This document shows, one piece after another, positions 8,640-17,808 of a DNA stretch of 64,000 nt. Numbering within the stretch: the first letter of the stretch is position 1; each line of letters starts with the position of its first letter. Origin of the DNA: Pseudomonadota bacterium (GTDB taxonomy: Bacteria; Pseudomonadota; Alphaproteobacteria; Sphingomonadales; Govanellaceae); contig QEVO01000007.1 of the NCBI GenBank assembly GCA_003577275.1, positions 68,840 to 132,839 of the forward strand, given 5' to 3'. The notes below the pieces were generated by a model. The model saw only the letters and a list, made by a program, of their open reading frames with translations. It was not told the origin of the DNA and searched no databases. Both the position numbers and the translations under genes were made by a program.

Positions 8640-9490
8640 CCGAACAACAACTTATCAACGATCGTTCCCACCAATAATAAGCTGACCTGCACCAAAGAAG
8701 CTTTAAAATTGGTAAGAGCATGGGGCTTGTCGGGAAATTGCACCAGTTGCACGTTGCGCACCAGGAACAGCGCGCCGCCGACGCCAGCGCATATTCCATA
8801 TATCCAGTTCATACCATAAATCAGCGGCAGCAGCGACAAGGGAACGAGGAGCGCGGTATGCGCCAAACTCGCCACCGCGGCAACCTTATTGCCGGCAACT
8901 ACCGGCAGCATAGGCACCCCCGCCGCGGCGTAATCGTCTTTCAAGGCAATGGCCAGGCTCCAAAAGTGCGGCGGCGTCCACAAGAACAACACCACGGCAA
9001 GGATGATGGCCTGGGGCGACAGGCCCGGATCTACCGCCGCAGCGCCGGCCAGCACCGCGAAACTGCCGGCCAGCCCGCCGATGACGATATTGAGCCAACT
9101 ACGGCGCTTCAGCCAGACCGTGTAGATCACGCCATAGGTCACCGCACCGAGAAAAACGTATAGCGCCGCCATGACATTGGTCGCCACGGCAGCCACGGCG
9201 ACCGCCGCTGCCAGCATGGCGACGATGAGGAGGGGCCAGAGAAGACTTGGCGCAAACGCGCCGGTAACAAAAGGCCGCGTGGCGGTGCGCGCCATGCGGG
9301 CGTCAAGATCGCGCTCAGCGTACTGATTGAAAGCGCCGGCAGCCGCCGAGGACGCCAGCACCGCCAGCGCCAACAGAAATGCCTGCCAACCGCCCGGCAT
9401 CGTCCCCGGCATGATCGCCATGCCGGCAAGGGCATTCAAGGTTATGGCGACACCGATCCGTAGCTTGAAAACCGAGGCGAATTGCCGCAA
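8636..9490 (-). CDS. ctaB: Protoheme IX farnesyltransferase (heme O synthase)
   Basis: 284 aa polytopic UbiA-family protein. Motifs NQYAERDLDARMARTATRPF and LWTPPHFWSLA are typical of CtaB/CyoE. The start is a TTG in the ORF track. Confidence 0.88.
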   Translation of the reverse strand: MRQFASVFKLRIGVAITLNALAGMAIMPGTMPGGWQAFLLALAVLASSAAAGAFNQYAERDLDARMARTATRPFVTGAFAPSLLWPLLIVAMLAAAVAVAAVATNVMAALYVFLGAVTYGVIYTVWLKRRSWLNIVIGGLAGSFAVLAGAAAVDPGLSPQAIILAVVLFLWTPPHFWSLAIALKDDYAAAGVPMLPVVAGNKVAAVASLAHTALLVPLSLLPLIYGMNWIYGICAGVGGALFLVRNVQLVQFPDKPHALTNFKASLVQVSLLLVGTIVDKLLFG

Positions 9491-9495
9491 CGCCG

Positions 9496-9519
9496 CCGCC
9501 CCGGACGATGCCGGGGCGG
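9496..9519 (-). other. Intra-operon GC stem-loop between oxidase subunit I and ctaB
   Basis: CCGCCCCGG-N6-CCGGGGCGG, a 9-bp perfect stem in the 72-nt gap. No T-tract follows on the minus strand, so it is not a classical terminator. Confidence 0.4.
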
Positions 9520-9562
9520 ACGGATTGATTGCGTACTCATGTCGAGACAGGGAAAAGCTCCC

Positions 9563-11263
9563 TTACCTGAGCGGCCAAACCTCGGCCAGATACTTCCAGT
9601 TGATGAAGTAGTAGAGCACGAAAGAGACGAAGAATACCGCAACCAGCACCACGGTTCCCGGGATCTTCGCATGCTCCTCGCTGCCATAGGTGGCGACCGC
9701 CGCGGCTTCTTCCTTGATGTTGGCAAGCTTTGGCCACATGACCGTGTCTTTCTCCATCTTTTTACCAAAGAAGACGGAGGCGACCACGATGATGATGAAG
9801 ACAACGCCGCCGATCGCCGCCAGAATAGCGGACAACCCATTCAGTCCCATCATCAGGAACGCCGTCGCCGGCAGGTCAATGGACATCGCCGCATCAGCGA
9901 AGGTGATGTCCCAATGCCGGCGCGGCACGCCGAGCGTCCCGGCGCCCATCATGAACAGCGAGATACCCATGGCGCCCAAGCCAAAGAGATAGGGCTGCCA
10001 TTGCGCCAGCTTTTTCATCATGATCTGGCGCCGGAAGATCAGCGGGATCAAAAGATATGTGACGGCCATGAAGGCAAGCGTGGTGCCCGTCACCACCGTG
10101 GCGTGGAAGTGACCCGGTACGTAGATCGTATTGTGCATGATCAGGTTGATCTGCTCGGTGCCCATCACGACGCCTGAAATGCCGCCAAGGAATCCGAACA
10201 TCACCAACGACATGAACATGCCGGAAAATGCCGGGTTATCCCAAGGCGCCTTGCGCAGCCATTCGAACAGCCCTTTGTTCAGCCCCTTCCGCCGTTGCGC
10301 CGCCTCAATGGAGCCGGGCACGGTCATGCCGTGGATCATGCTGCCGAGAACCGCCAGATACATGGCGTAGCTGGTGTTGAAGATCTTCCATTCCGACGAT
10401 ACGCCGGGTTCCACCAGAAGATGGTGGGCGCTGGCGAGCTGAAGGAACAGGATATAGAGGAGGAACGCCGCGCGGCTGACCTTCTCGGACAGCGGCTTGG
10501 CACCCAGCACCAGGGCGGCGATGGCATACCACACCGCAACGTGGGCGGAGACGTTGATCTGCTGCGACGAGTGCCCCATGCCCCACCAGACAATCTTGTA
10601 AACCAGGGTGTCAATGTTGGCGAGCCAGCCCAGGGACCAGAAGTAGGTGGGGATCAAAATCACCGCGCCGGAGGCGATCGTAAACACGGCGATGATCGCC
10701 GCCGTGATGGCGCCGAAGGTCACCAGCGGTACCGACCCCTGATAGGTCTTTTCGTCCTTGGCGACGACCAAGGTGCCGAAAAAGACGAAAACGGCAACCA
10801 GCGCCCCGACGGCAAACACGATCAGACCAAGATAGAAATTGGGATCGGCCTGCATCGGCGGGTAGGAGGTGAACATCACGCTGGAATTGCCTTGCAGTAT
10901 CGCGATGTTGGCCAAGATGCCGCCGCCCACCATCAAAATAAACGCCAGCCAGGCCACTTTCGGCATCGCCAGCCGGCAGCCAAGCAGCACTGAGGAGGCA
11001 AAATAGAGAACCGCCACCTCAAAAAACAGGATCCACAGCAAAAGCACGTCGGTGCCATGGGCCGTCAGCACTTGATAAAATGTCTCCGCCGGCAGCAGAT
11101 GGACCGCCGGCCAGCGGGTCAACGCCACCAGCAGCCCCAAAAGGCCGCCCACCGCAAGAGATACCACCGCCGCCACCGCATTGGCCTTAATCAGGCTTTC
11201 GGTGGTTGCGTAAACCTTCAGTCCGGTATGGTTACAGATTCTAAAGTCAGCCGCTGTCGCCAT
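9563..11263 (-). CDS. Heme-copper oxidase superfamily subunit I, B-family-like, lacking the cross-link tyrosine (candidate NO reductase)
   Basis: 566 aa, about 12-13 TM helices. It aligns by eye with Thermus ba3 subunit I: LTAHG, SYPPMQADPNFYLG, WWGMGH, SAHHLLVEPG, PWDNPAF and HNTIYVPGHFH. The ba3 motif GHPIVY is GHSSQQ here. Confidence 0.9.
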   Translation of the reverse strand: MATAADFRICNHTGLKVYATTESLIKANAVAAVVSLAVGGLLGLLVALTRWPAVHLLPAETFYQVLTAHGTDVLLLWILFFEVAVLYFASSVLLGCRLAMPKVAWLAFILMVGGGILANIAILQGNSSVMFTSYPPMQADPNFYLGLIVFAVGALVAVFVFFGTLVVAKDEKTYQGSVPLVTFGAITAAIIAVFTIASGAVILIPTYFWSLGWLANIDTLVYKIVWWGMGHSSQQINVSAHVAVWYAIAALVLGAKPLSEKVSRAAFLLYILFLQLASAHHLLVEPGVSSEWKIFNTSYAMYLAVLGSMIHGMTVPGSIEAAQRRKGLNKGLFEWLRKAPWDNPAFSGMFMSLVMFGFLGGISGVVMGTEQINLIMHNTIYVPGHFHATVVTGTTLAFMAVTYLLIPLIFRRQIMMKKLAQWQPYLFGLGAMGISLFMMGAGTLGVPRRHWDITFADAAMSIDLPATAFLMMGLNGLSAILAAIGGVVFIIIVVASVFFGKKMEKDTVMWPKLANIKEEAAAVATYGSEEHAKIPGTVVLVAVFFVSFVLYYFINWKYLAEVWPLR

Positions 11264-11272
11264 GTTGTCCCC

Positions 11273-11818
11273 CTATTGATTTTCGACGACGCGGATGCGG
11301 CCCACCATCTGGTGGTGGCCAATTCCGCAAAATTCGTTGCATACGACGCTGAACACCCCGGCGGTCGTGGGCTCAACCGTCAACACCATCTCATAGTTGG
11401 GATGGACCTGGAGATTGATGTTTTCCGGTTGCAGGGAAAACCCATGCTGCCAATCGAGCGACGCCAAGTGCAGGCGGTACTTGCGGCCCTTTTCAAGCTC
11501 CAGCACCGGATACCATTCCCATAGCCGGGCCAGCATGTAGACATCGGAATCGGCCGGCGGGCGGACCACGGGAATACCGGTATCGCCCTCCTCGCCTACC
11601 TGATACTGCTCGATCATGGCGTCAACCTTGGCGGAAAACGCCTCAGGCGAGATCTTGTAGGTTTCGTTGGACAGGTTCTGCTCGCCCACGCTGTGCCAGA
11701 AGATCATGGTGAAGAACATCACCAGACCCCAGACGAAAGCGACGGCGATCCAAATCAACTCCGTTTTCTGGACGGGCTCGTTCCACCAGACACGGGCTTT
11801 AGGCGGGAAGATAGCCAT
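11273..11818 (-). CDS. Heme-copper oxidase subunit II with CuA centre (cupredoxin fold)
   Basis: 181 aa with one N-terminal TM helix. WQHGFSL...VVCNEFCGIGHHQMVGRIRVVE aligns with ba3 subunit II VIHGFHV...IICNQYCGLGHQNMFGTIVVKE. All CuA ligands (H, C, C, H, M) are present. Confidence 0.85.
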   Translation of the reverse strand: MAIFPPKARVWWNEPVQKTELIWIAVAFVWGLVMFFTMIFWHSVGEQNLSNETYKISPEAFSAKVDAMIEQYQVGEEGDTGIPVVRPPADSDVYMLARLWEWYPVLELEKGRKYRLHLASLDWQHGFSLQPENINLQVHPNYEMVLTVEPTTAGVFSVVCNEFCGIGHHQMVGRIRVVENQ

Positions 11819-11860
11819 TGAATTCTCTCCCTCTTTACGAGTTTGCGTGTTGGCCGGAAA

Positions 11861-12028
11861 TTACTGAGCCATCGGAATGTTGGCGACTTCCACCACGCCC
11901 CATACAATATAAAGGAGCGTCGGGCTCAACACGCCGATAAACAGTAACAGGAATGGATTGTCTAAGAGCCGTTGCATAAAGGGAATTTTTTCCCCTTCGG
12001 CGCCGGAACCGTCAGCATCATTCGCCAT
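11861..12028 (-). CDS. Small single-TM protein (55 aa), first gene of the oxidase operon
   Basis: Not in the ORF track because it is under 60 aa. It translates MANDADGSGAEGEKIPFMQRLLDNPFLLLFIGVLSPTLLYIVWGVVEVANIPMAQ. A strong SD (AAGGGGAG) lies 6 nt upstream of the ATG. It is positioned like the small subunit IIa of ba3-type oxidases. Confidence 0.5.
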   Translation of the reverse strand: MANDADGSGAEGEKIPFMQRLLDNPFLLLFIGVLSPTLLYIVWGVVEVANIPMAQ

Positions 12029-12133
12029 GCGAACTCCCCTTTTTTTGAAGCGACCCGGCGCCCATTGGCGGCGCCGGCAGGAATCACTATACCCCTTAAC
12101 TTAACCGATGTAACACCTACGCAACCTTGGCAC

Positions 12134-12147
12134 TTGATCTAGGTCAA
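12134..12147. promoter_or_regulatory. FNR/NNR/DNR-type box upstream of the oxidase operon
   Basis: TTGATCTAGGTCAA (TTGAT-N4-GTCAA), about 106 nt upstream of the small-ORF start codon and intergenic. Confidence 0.6.
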
Positions 12148-12180
12148 ATGCCCCCTTTCCCAAGCCATTAGCGCCATTTC

Positions 12181-12366
12181 TCAGAATTCAAATTGTTCTA
12201 GAACGGCAAATGCCGCCAGCGCCAAGCCGAGAAGGATAGTAAAAAAAACCAGCGATCTGCCTTTAAGACGAGCGCCGTAGTAAACCTCGATGCGATTCAA
12301 TATCCAGTCCGCCATCACGTAAAGGATGACAGCGACCGCCGTGAACACAAGATATTTCATACCCAA
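12181..12366 (-). CDS. Small hypothetical membrane protein (61 aa, 2 predicted TM helices)
   Basis: MGMKYLVFTAVAVILYVMADWIL...LVFFTILLGLALAAFAVL. It lies between the nirS terminator and the FNR box of the next operon. No recognisable family, no clear SD, and it is more AT-rich than its neighbours. Confidence 0.35.
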   Translation of the reverse strand: MGMKYLVFTAVAVILYVMADWILNRIEVYYGARLKGRSLVFFTILLGLALAAFAVLEQFEF

Positions 12367-12380
12367 TATTACATAAGTAT

Positions 12381-12422
12381 GGAAAAAAAGGAAAGGCCGG
12401 GCCGTCTGCGGACGGCCCGGCC
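12381..12422 (-). terminator. Rho-independent terminator of nirS
   Basis: Perfect 12-bp stem GGCCGGGCCGTC-TGCG-GACGGCCCGGCC at 12395..12422. On the minus strand it is followed by TTTCCTTTTTTTCC. It starts 13 nt after the nirS stop. Confidence 0.8.
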
Positions 12423-12435
12423 CTCATATTATATT

Positions 12436-14244
<1,809 letters not shown>

Positions 14245-14269
14245 CTAAGTGATCCGAGGCATCTCGTAT

Positions 14270-14283
14270 TTGACATATGTCAA
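14270..14283. promoter_or_regulatory. FNR/NNR-type box in the nirS / nirI divergent promoter region
   Basis: Perfect palindrome TTGACATATGTCAA. Its centre is about 62 nt upstream of the nirS ATG (14214) and about 95 nt upstream of the nirI ATG (14372). Confidence 0.7.
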
Positions 14284-14371
14284 GTGAAGGTGCCGACTTG
14301 CAGCTTACAAGGTCGACCCGTTGACGCAGTTAGACCCTCTTGCTTTGGTCGAGCGCTGGAGGCGCCCGTAG

Positions 14372-16645
14372 ATGCGCTCATACTTGCATTGTATCCAGGC
14401 TGGTAGGCTGGGCGGTAAGCATGGGGGGGCTTGGCTGGCGGCCATTTGGATTGTGGCCGCCACCCTATTTTTGCCGGCGATGGCCCAGCCGCCGGGCCCG
14501 GTTCCACCGCTGCAAGGCGGTTTATTGACGACGATCTTCCCCGGCGCCATCCAGGCGTCGGCCATGACTGGCTCTCCGCCGGCGGCGGAAGTCCAGGTCG
14601 AGGGGGGATTTGGTGGGTACATCTTTTCGACATGGTCAGTCATCCACTCTACAGGATATTCTGGCGCGCCTATAGATATTTTGGTGGGGTTGAGCCGCGA
14701 CGGTCGGATTACCGGCGCGGTCTTACGGCAGCACACCGAACCCATCCTGGTGATCGGCATCTCGGACGCCGATCTGAAGGCGTTTGTCGCCCAATTCTCC
14801 GGGCTCTCCATTCGCGGCAAGATATCCCGCAAGGCCGGTGAGGCCGCCGGACGCCTGCCGGACGCCATCAGCGGCGCTACCGTGTCCAGCGCGGTCATTG
14901 GAGACGCCATTCTGACCTCGGCGCGGCTGGTGGCCGAATCACGGCGGCTGTTTGAGGCCGCGCCGACGGTCGCGCCCGAAATTCCCGAGGTCAAGAGCTG
15001 GCAGGACTTTATCGCCAGCGGCGCCATCGGTCACTTGCGGCTCAGCCGGGGCGAAGTGGCGGCGCGGCGCGGCGAAAAACTCGACCACGACGAGGAAGAG
15101 GACGAGCACGAGGACGATCCCTTTATTGATCTTTATGCCGGCGTGGTGACCCCGCATGCCATTGGCAGTCCGATGATCGGCGCGCAGACCTACAACAGAT
15201 TACGCGCCGAAATGGCTGCCGGCGATCAGCTATTCGCCATACTCGCCAACGGTCTTTATTCCTATAAGGGAACGCGCTATGTGCGCAGCGGCGTGTTCGA
15301 CCGCATCAGCCTGGTGCAGGGCGCGCTGACCATTCCCTTCACCCGCGACCGCTATGTCCTTATCGAGAATCTGGCGTTTCCCGACGGCGACATTCCTGAG
15401 TTTCGTGAAATCGGCCTCTTTATTCTGCCGGCAGACAGCGGCTTTGACGGGTCGCTCCCGTGGCGGCTTGATCTGCGGGTAGACGCCGATGACGCCAACC
15501 CTGTGGTTTTCTCGCTGGCCCACACGCCGCAGGCAAGCAGCGCCATCAAACCAGCGCCGGAGCCGGCGGCGGAACCGGCCCCGGCGCAGACAACACCCAC
15601 TCGGCAACCGCAGATACCATCTCAGCCGCAAGCGCATACTACAGTACAACCGCCGCCGCCACCGGCGCAAATCCAGGCAGAGGCGCAGCTCCCGACCGCG
15701 ATATCGATCGAGCCGCTGTGGAAGCGCGCTTGGACGACAAGCGTGCCGGAGATCATTTTTCTCACTCTGATGCTGACGACGCTAACCGGCATTCTGCTGT
15801 TTCAGGACTTCATCGTCCGCAAGACCCACGCCTATTTGATCGCCCGCAATATCTTTCTTGCCGTGACCTTGGTCTGGCTGGGCTACATTGCCGGCGGCCA
15901 GTTGTCGGTGGTCAATGTCCTGACCTTTGTTCACGCCCTGCGTCAGGATTTCCGCTGGGAATATTTCCTGGTATCGCCCATCATTTTCATCCTGTGGGGA
16001 TATGTGGCGGTGGCCATGCTGTTCTGGGGCCGCGGCGTCTACTGCGGCTGGCTCTGTCCATTCGGCGCGATGCAGGAACTGCTGAACGAAGCGGCGCGGC
16101 GCTTGAAGGTGCCGCAAATTCGCGTTCCCTTCGGCCTTCATGAACGGCTGTGGCCGATCAAGTACGTGATCTTTCTCGGGCTGTTTGCGATCTCGCTTTA
16201 TTCCATGGAGCTGGCGGTGATCGCCAGCGAAGTGGAGCCCTTCAAAACCGCCATCGTGCTTAAGTTCGTGCGCGGCTGGCCGTTCCTGTTTTATGTCGTG
16301 GCCATATTGGTCGCGGGATTATTCATCGAACGGTTTTTCTGTCGCTATTTCTGCCCGCTGGGCGCGGCGCTCGCCATTCCGTCGCGGCTCCATATGTTCG
16401 ATTGGCTGAAGCGGCGGCGGCAATGCGGCGCCGAGTGCAGCATTTGCGCCCAGCACTGCACCGTCCAGGCGGTTCATCCCAACGGCGCGATCAACCCCAA
16501 CGAATGCGTTCAGTGTCTGAAGTGTCAGACGCTATATTATGATGACCATACCTGCCCGCCCCTGATCGCCAGCCGCAAACGCGCCGAGAAATTGCGCGCC
16601 TCCGGCTCGCTGATCGCGGAAAAACTATCGGAGGGCAAGAAATGA
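14372..16645 (+). CDS. nirI: NirI/NosR family membrane FMN- and Fe-S-binding regulator/electron-transfer protein
   Basis: 757 aa with an N-terminal signal/TM. Periplasmic FMN-binding motif (ISGATVSS), several TM helices, CX3CP motifs (YCGWLCPFGAMQELL, CRYFCPLGAA) and a C-terminal ferredoxin-like CGAECSICAQHC...CVQCLKCQ. A GGAGG SD lies 9 nt upstream. It is divergent from nirS as in Paracoccus. Confidence 0.88.
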   Translation: MRSYLHCIQAGRLGGKHGGAWLAAIWIVAATLFLPAMAQPPGPVPPLQGGLLTTIFPGAIQASAMTGSPPAAEVQVEGGFGGYIFSTWSVIHSTGYSGAPIDILVGLSRDGRITGAVLRQHTEPILVIGISDADLKAFVAQFSGLSIRGKISRKAGEAAGRLPDAISGATVSSAVIGDAILTSARLVAESRRLFEAAPTVAPEIPEVKSWQDFIASGAIGHLRLSRGEVAARRGEKLDHDEEEDEHEDDPFIDLYAGVVTPHAIGSPMIGAQTYNRLRAEMAAGDQLFAILANGLYSYKGTRYVRSGVFDRISLVQGALTIPFTRDRYVLIENLAFPDGDIPEFREIGLFILPADSGFDGSLPWRLDLRVDADDANPVVFSLAHTPQASSAIKPAPEPAAEPAPAQTTPTRQPQIPSQPQAHTTVQPPPPPAQIQAEAQLPTAISIEPLWKRAWTTSVPEIIFLTLMLTTLTGILLFQDFIVRKTHAYLIARNIFLAVTLVWLGYIAGGQLSVVNVLTFVHALRQDFRWEYFLVSPIIFILWGYVAVAMLFWGRGVYCGWLCPFGAMQELLNEAARRLKVPQIRVPFGLHERLWPIKYVIFLGLFAISLYSMELAVIASEVEPFKTAIVLKFVRGWPFLFYVVAILVAGLFIERFFCRYFCPLGAALAIPSRLHMFDWLKRRRQCGAECSICAQHCTVQAVHPNGAINPNECVQCLKCQTLYYDDHTCPPLIASRKRAEKLRASGSLIAEKLSEGKK

Positions 16646-17637
16646 GCACGTCCATGCCGTCCCTCACACGCCGCCGGATGTTGACCATCATCGCCGCCAC
16701 GGGCGCGGCAAGCCTCTTGCCGTGGACGGGACGAGCGGCCACAGCCTACGAGGCAACCGAATGGCGCGGCTATGCCCTGGGCGCCGATGCCCGCCTGCTG
16801 CTTCATGGCCGCAGCAGGGCCGACGCGGAGCGGGCGATCGCCGTGTCCATGGCGGAAATCGAACGGCTGGAGAATGAGTTCAGTCTTTATCGCGCCAATT
16901 CCAGCTTATGCCGCTTGAATCGCGACGGCATGCTGCCGCGGCCGAGCGCCGATATGACCGCTTTGCTGCGGCTGGGTTGTCGCTTCGGCGATCTAAGCCA
17001 TGGCGCGTTCGACATTTCGGTGCAGCCGCTGTGGCAGCTTTATGCTGCGCATTTCGCCTTGCCCAACGCCGACCCGGCGGGACCGTCGGAAGATAAAATT
17101 AAAGAGACGCTTGCCAGAGTGGATTATCGGCGGATTAGGATCGACGATGACGCCATCCGGCTGGCTCCCGGCATGGCATTGACGCTTAATGGCATCGCGC
17201 AAGGATACATTACCGATCGGGTGGCCGATATCCTGCGTGATCAAGGTTGGTCGCACATCCTGGTTGATCTTGGCGAAACCCGAGCTCTCGATAGCCATCC
17301 CAGCGGGCGGCCGTGGCGCATCGGTCTGAAGGGCGGACCATCGGCCGCTGTCGCGCCGACGCTCGACATTGCCGATCGCGCCGTCGCCACCTCCGCCCGC
17401 CGCGGCTTCATATTTGATGCTGCCGGCCGCCATTGCCATCTCCTGGACCCTGCCTCGGGACATGCCGCCCAAGGCTTTGCCAGCGTCACCGTCGTTGCGC
17501 GTCGCGCCGCCGACGCAGACGCCTTATCCACGGCACTGTCGATCATGCCCCCGGCGCAAGCGGCATCACTGGCGCAACGCCTTAAGGACAGCGAAATTTG
17601 GGTCGGCGTCGATAACGGCAGCATTGCGCACCTCTAG
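16642..17637 (+). CDS. nirX: ApbE-family FAD:protein FMN transferase (NirX/NosX-like)
   Basis: 331 aa with a Tat-type signal (SLTRRRMLTIIAATGAASLL). ApbE motifs FDISVQPLWQLY and LNGIAQGYITDRVADIL. A 4-nt overlap joins it to nirI. Confidence 0.88.
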   Translation: MSTSMPSLTRRRMLTIIAATGAASLLPWTGRAATAYEATEWRGYALGADARLLLHGRSRADAERAIAVSMAEIERLENEFSLYRANSSLCRLNRDGMLPRPSADMTALLRLGCRFGDLSHGAFDISVQPLWQLYAAHFALPNADPAGPSEDKIKETLARVDYRRIRIDDDAIRLAPGMALTLNGIAQGYITDRVADILRDQGWSHILVDLGETRALDSHPSGRPWRIGLKGGPSAAVAPTLDIADRAVATSARRGFIFDAAGRHCHLLDPASGHAAQGFASVTVVARRAADADALSTALSIMPPAQAASLAQRLKDSEIWVGVDNGSIAHL

Positions 17638-17652
17638 CCGGCGTCGAGTAGA

Positions 17653-17666
17653 TTGACCTTTATCAA
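17653..17666. promoter_or_regulatory. FNR/NNR-type box upstream of a TonB-dependent receptor gene
   Basis: TTGACCTTTATCAA (TTGAC-N4-ATCAA), 16 nt after the nirX stop and about 145 nt upstream of the TBDR start at 17809. Confidence 0.5.
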
Positions 17667-17808
17667 GTATTTCCCTAGACATCTAATTTAGAATGCGTCT
17701 CATATGAAATGAGGCCGCCATGGCACGGATGAAATTGACAGGGAGAGAGCCAATGCAGGCAACGCGCCTAACGAACGACGACCACCTGCTTATCCCCACA
17801 CGATAATC

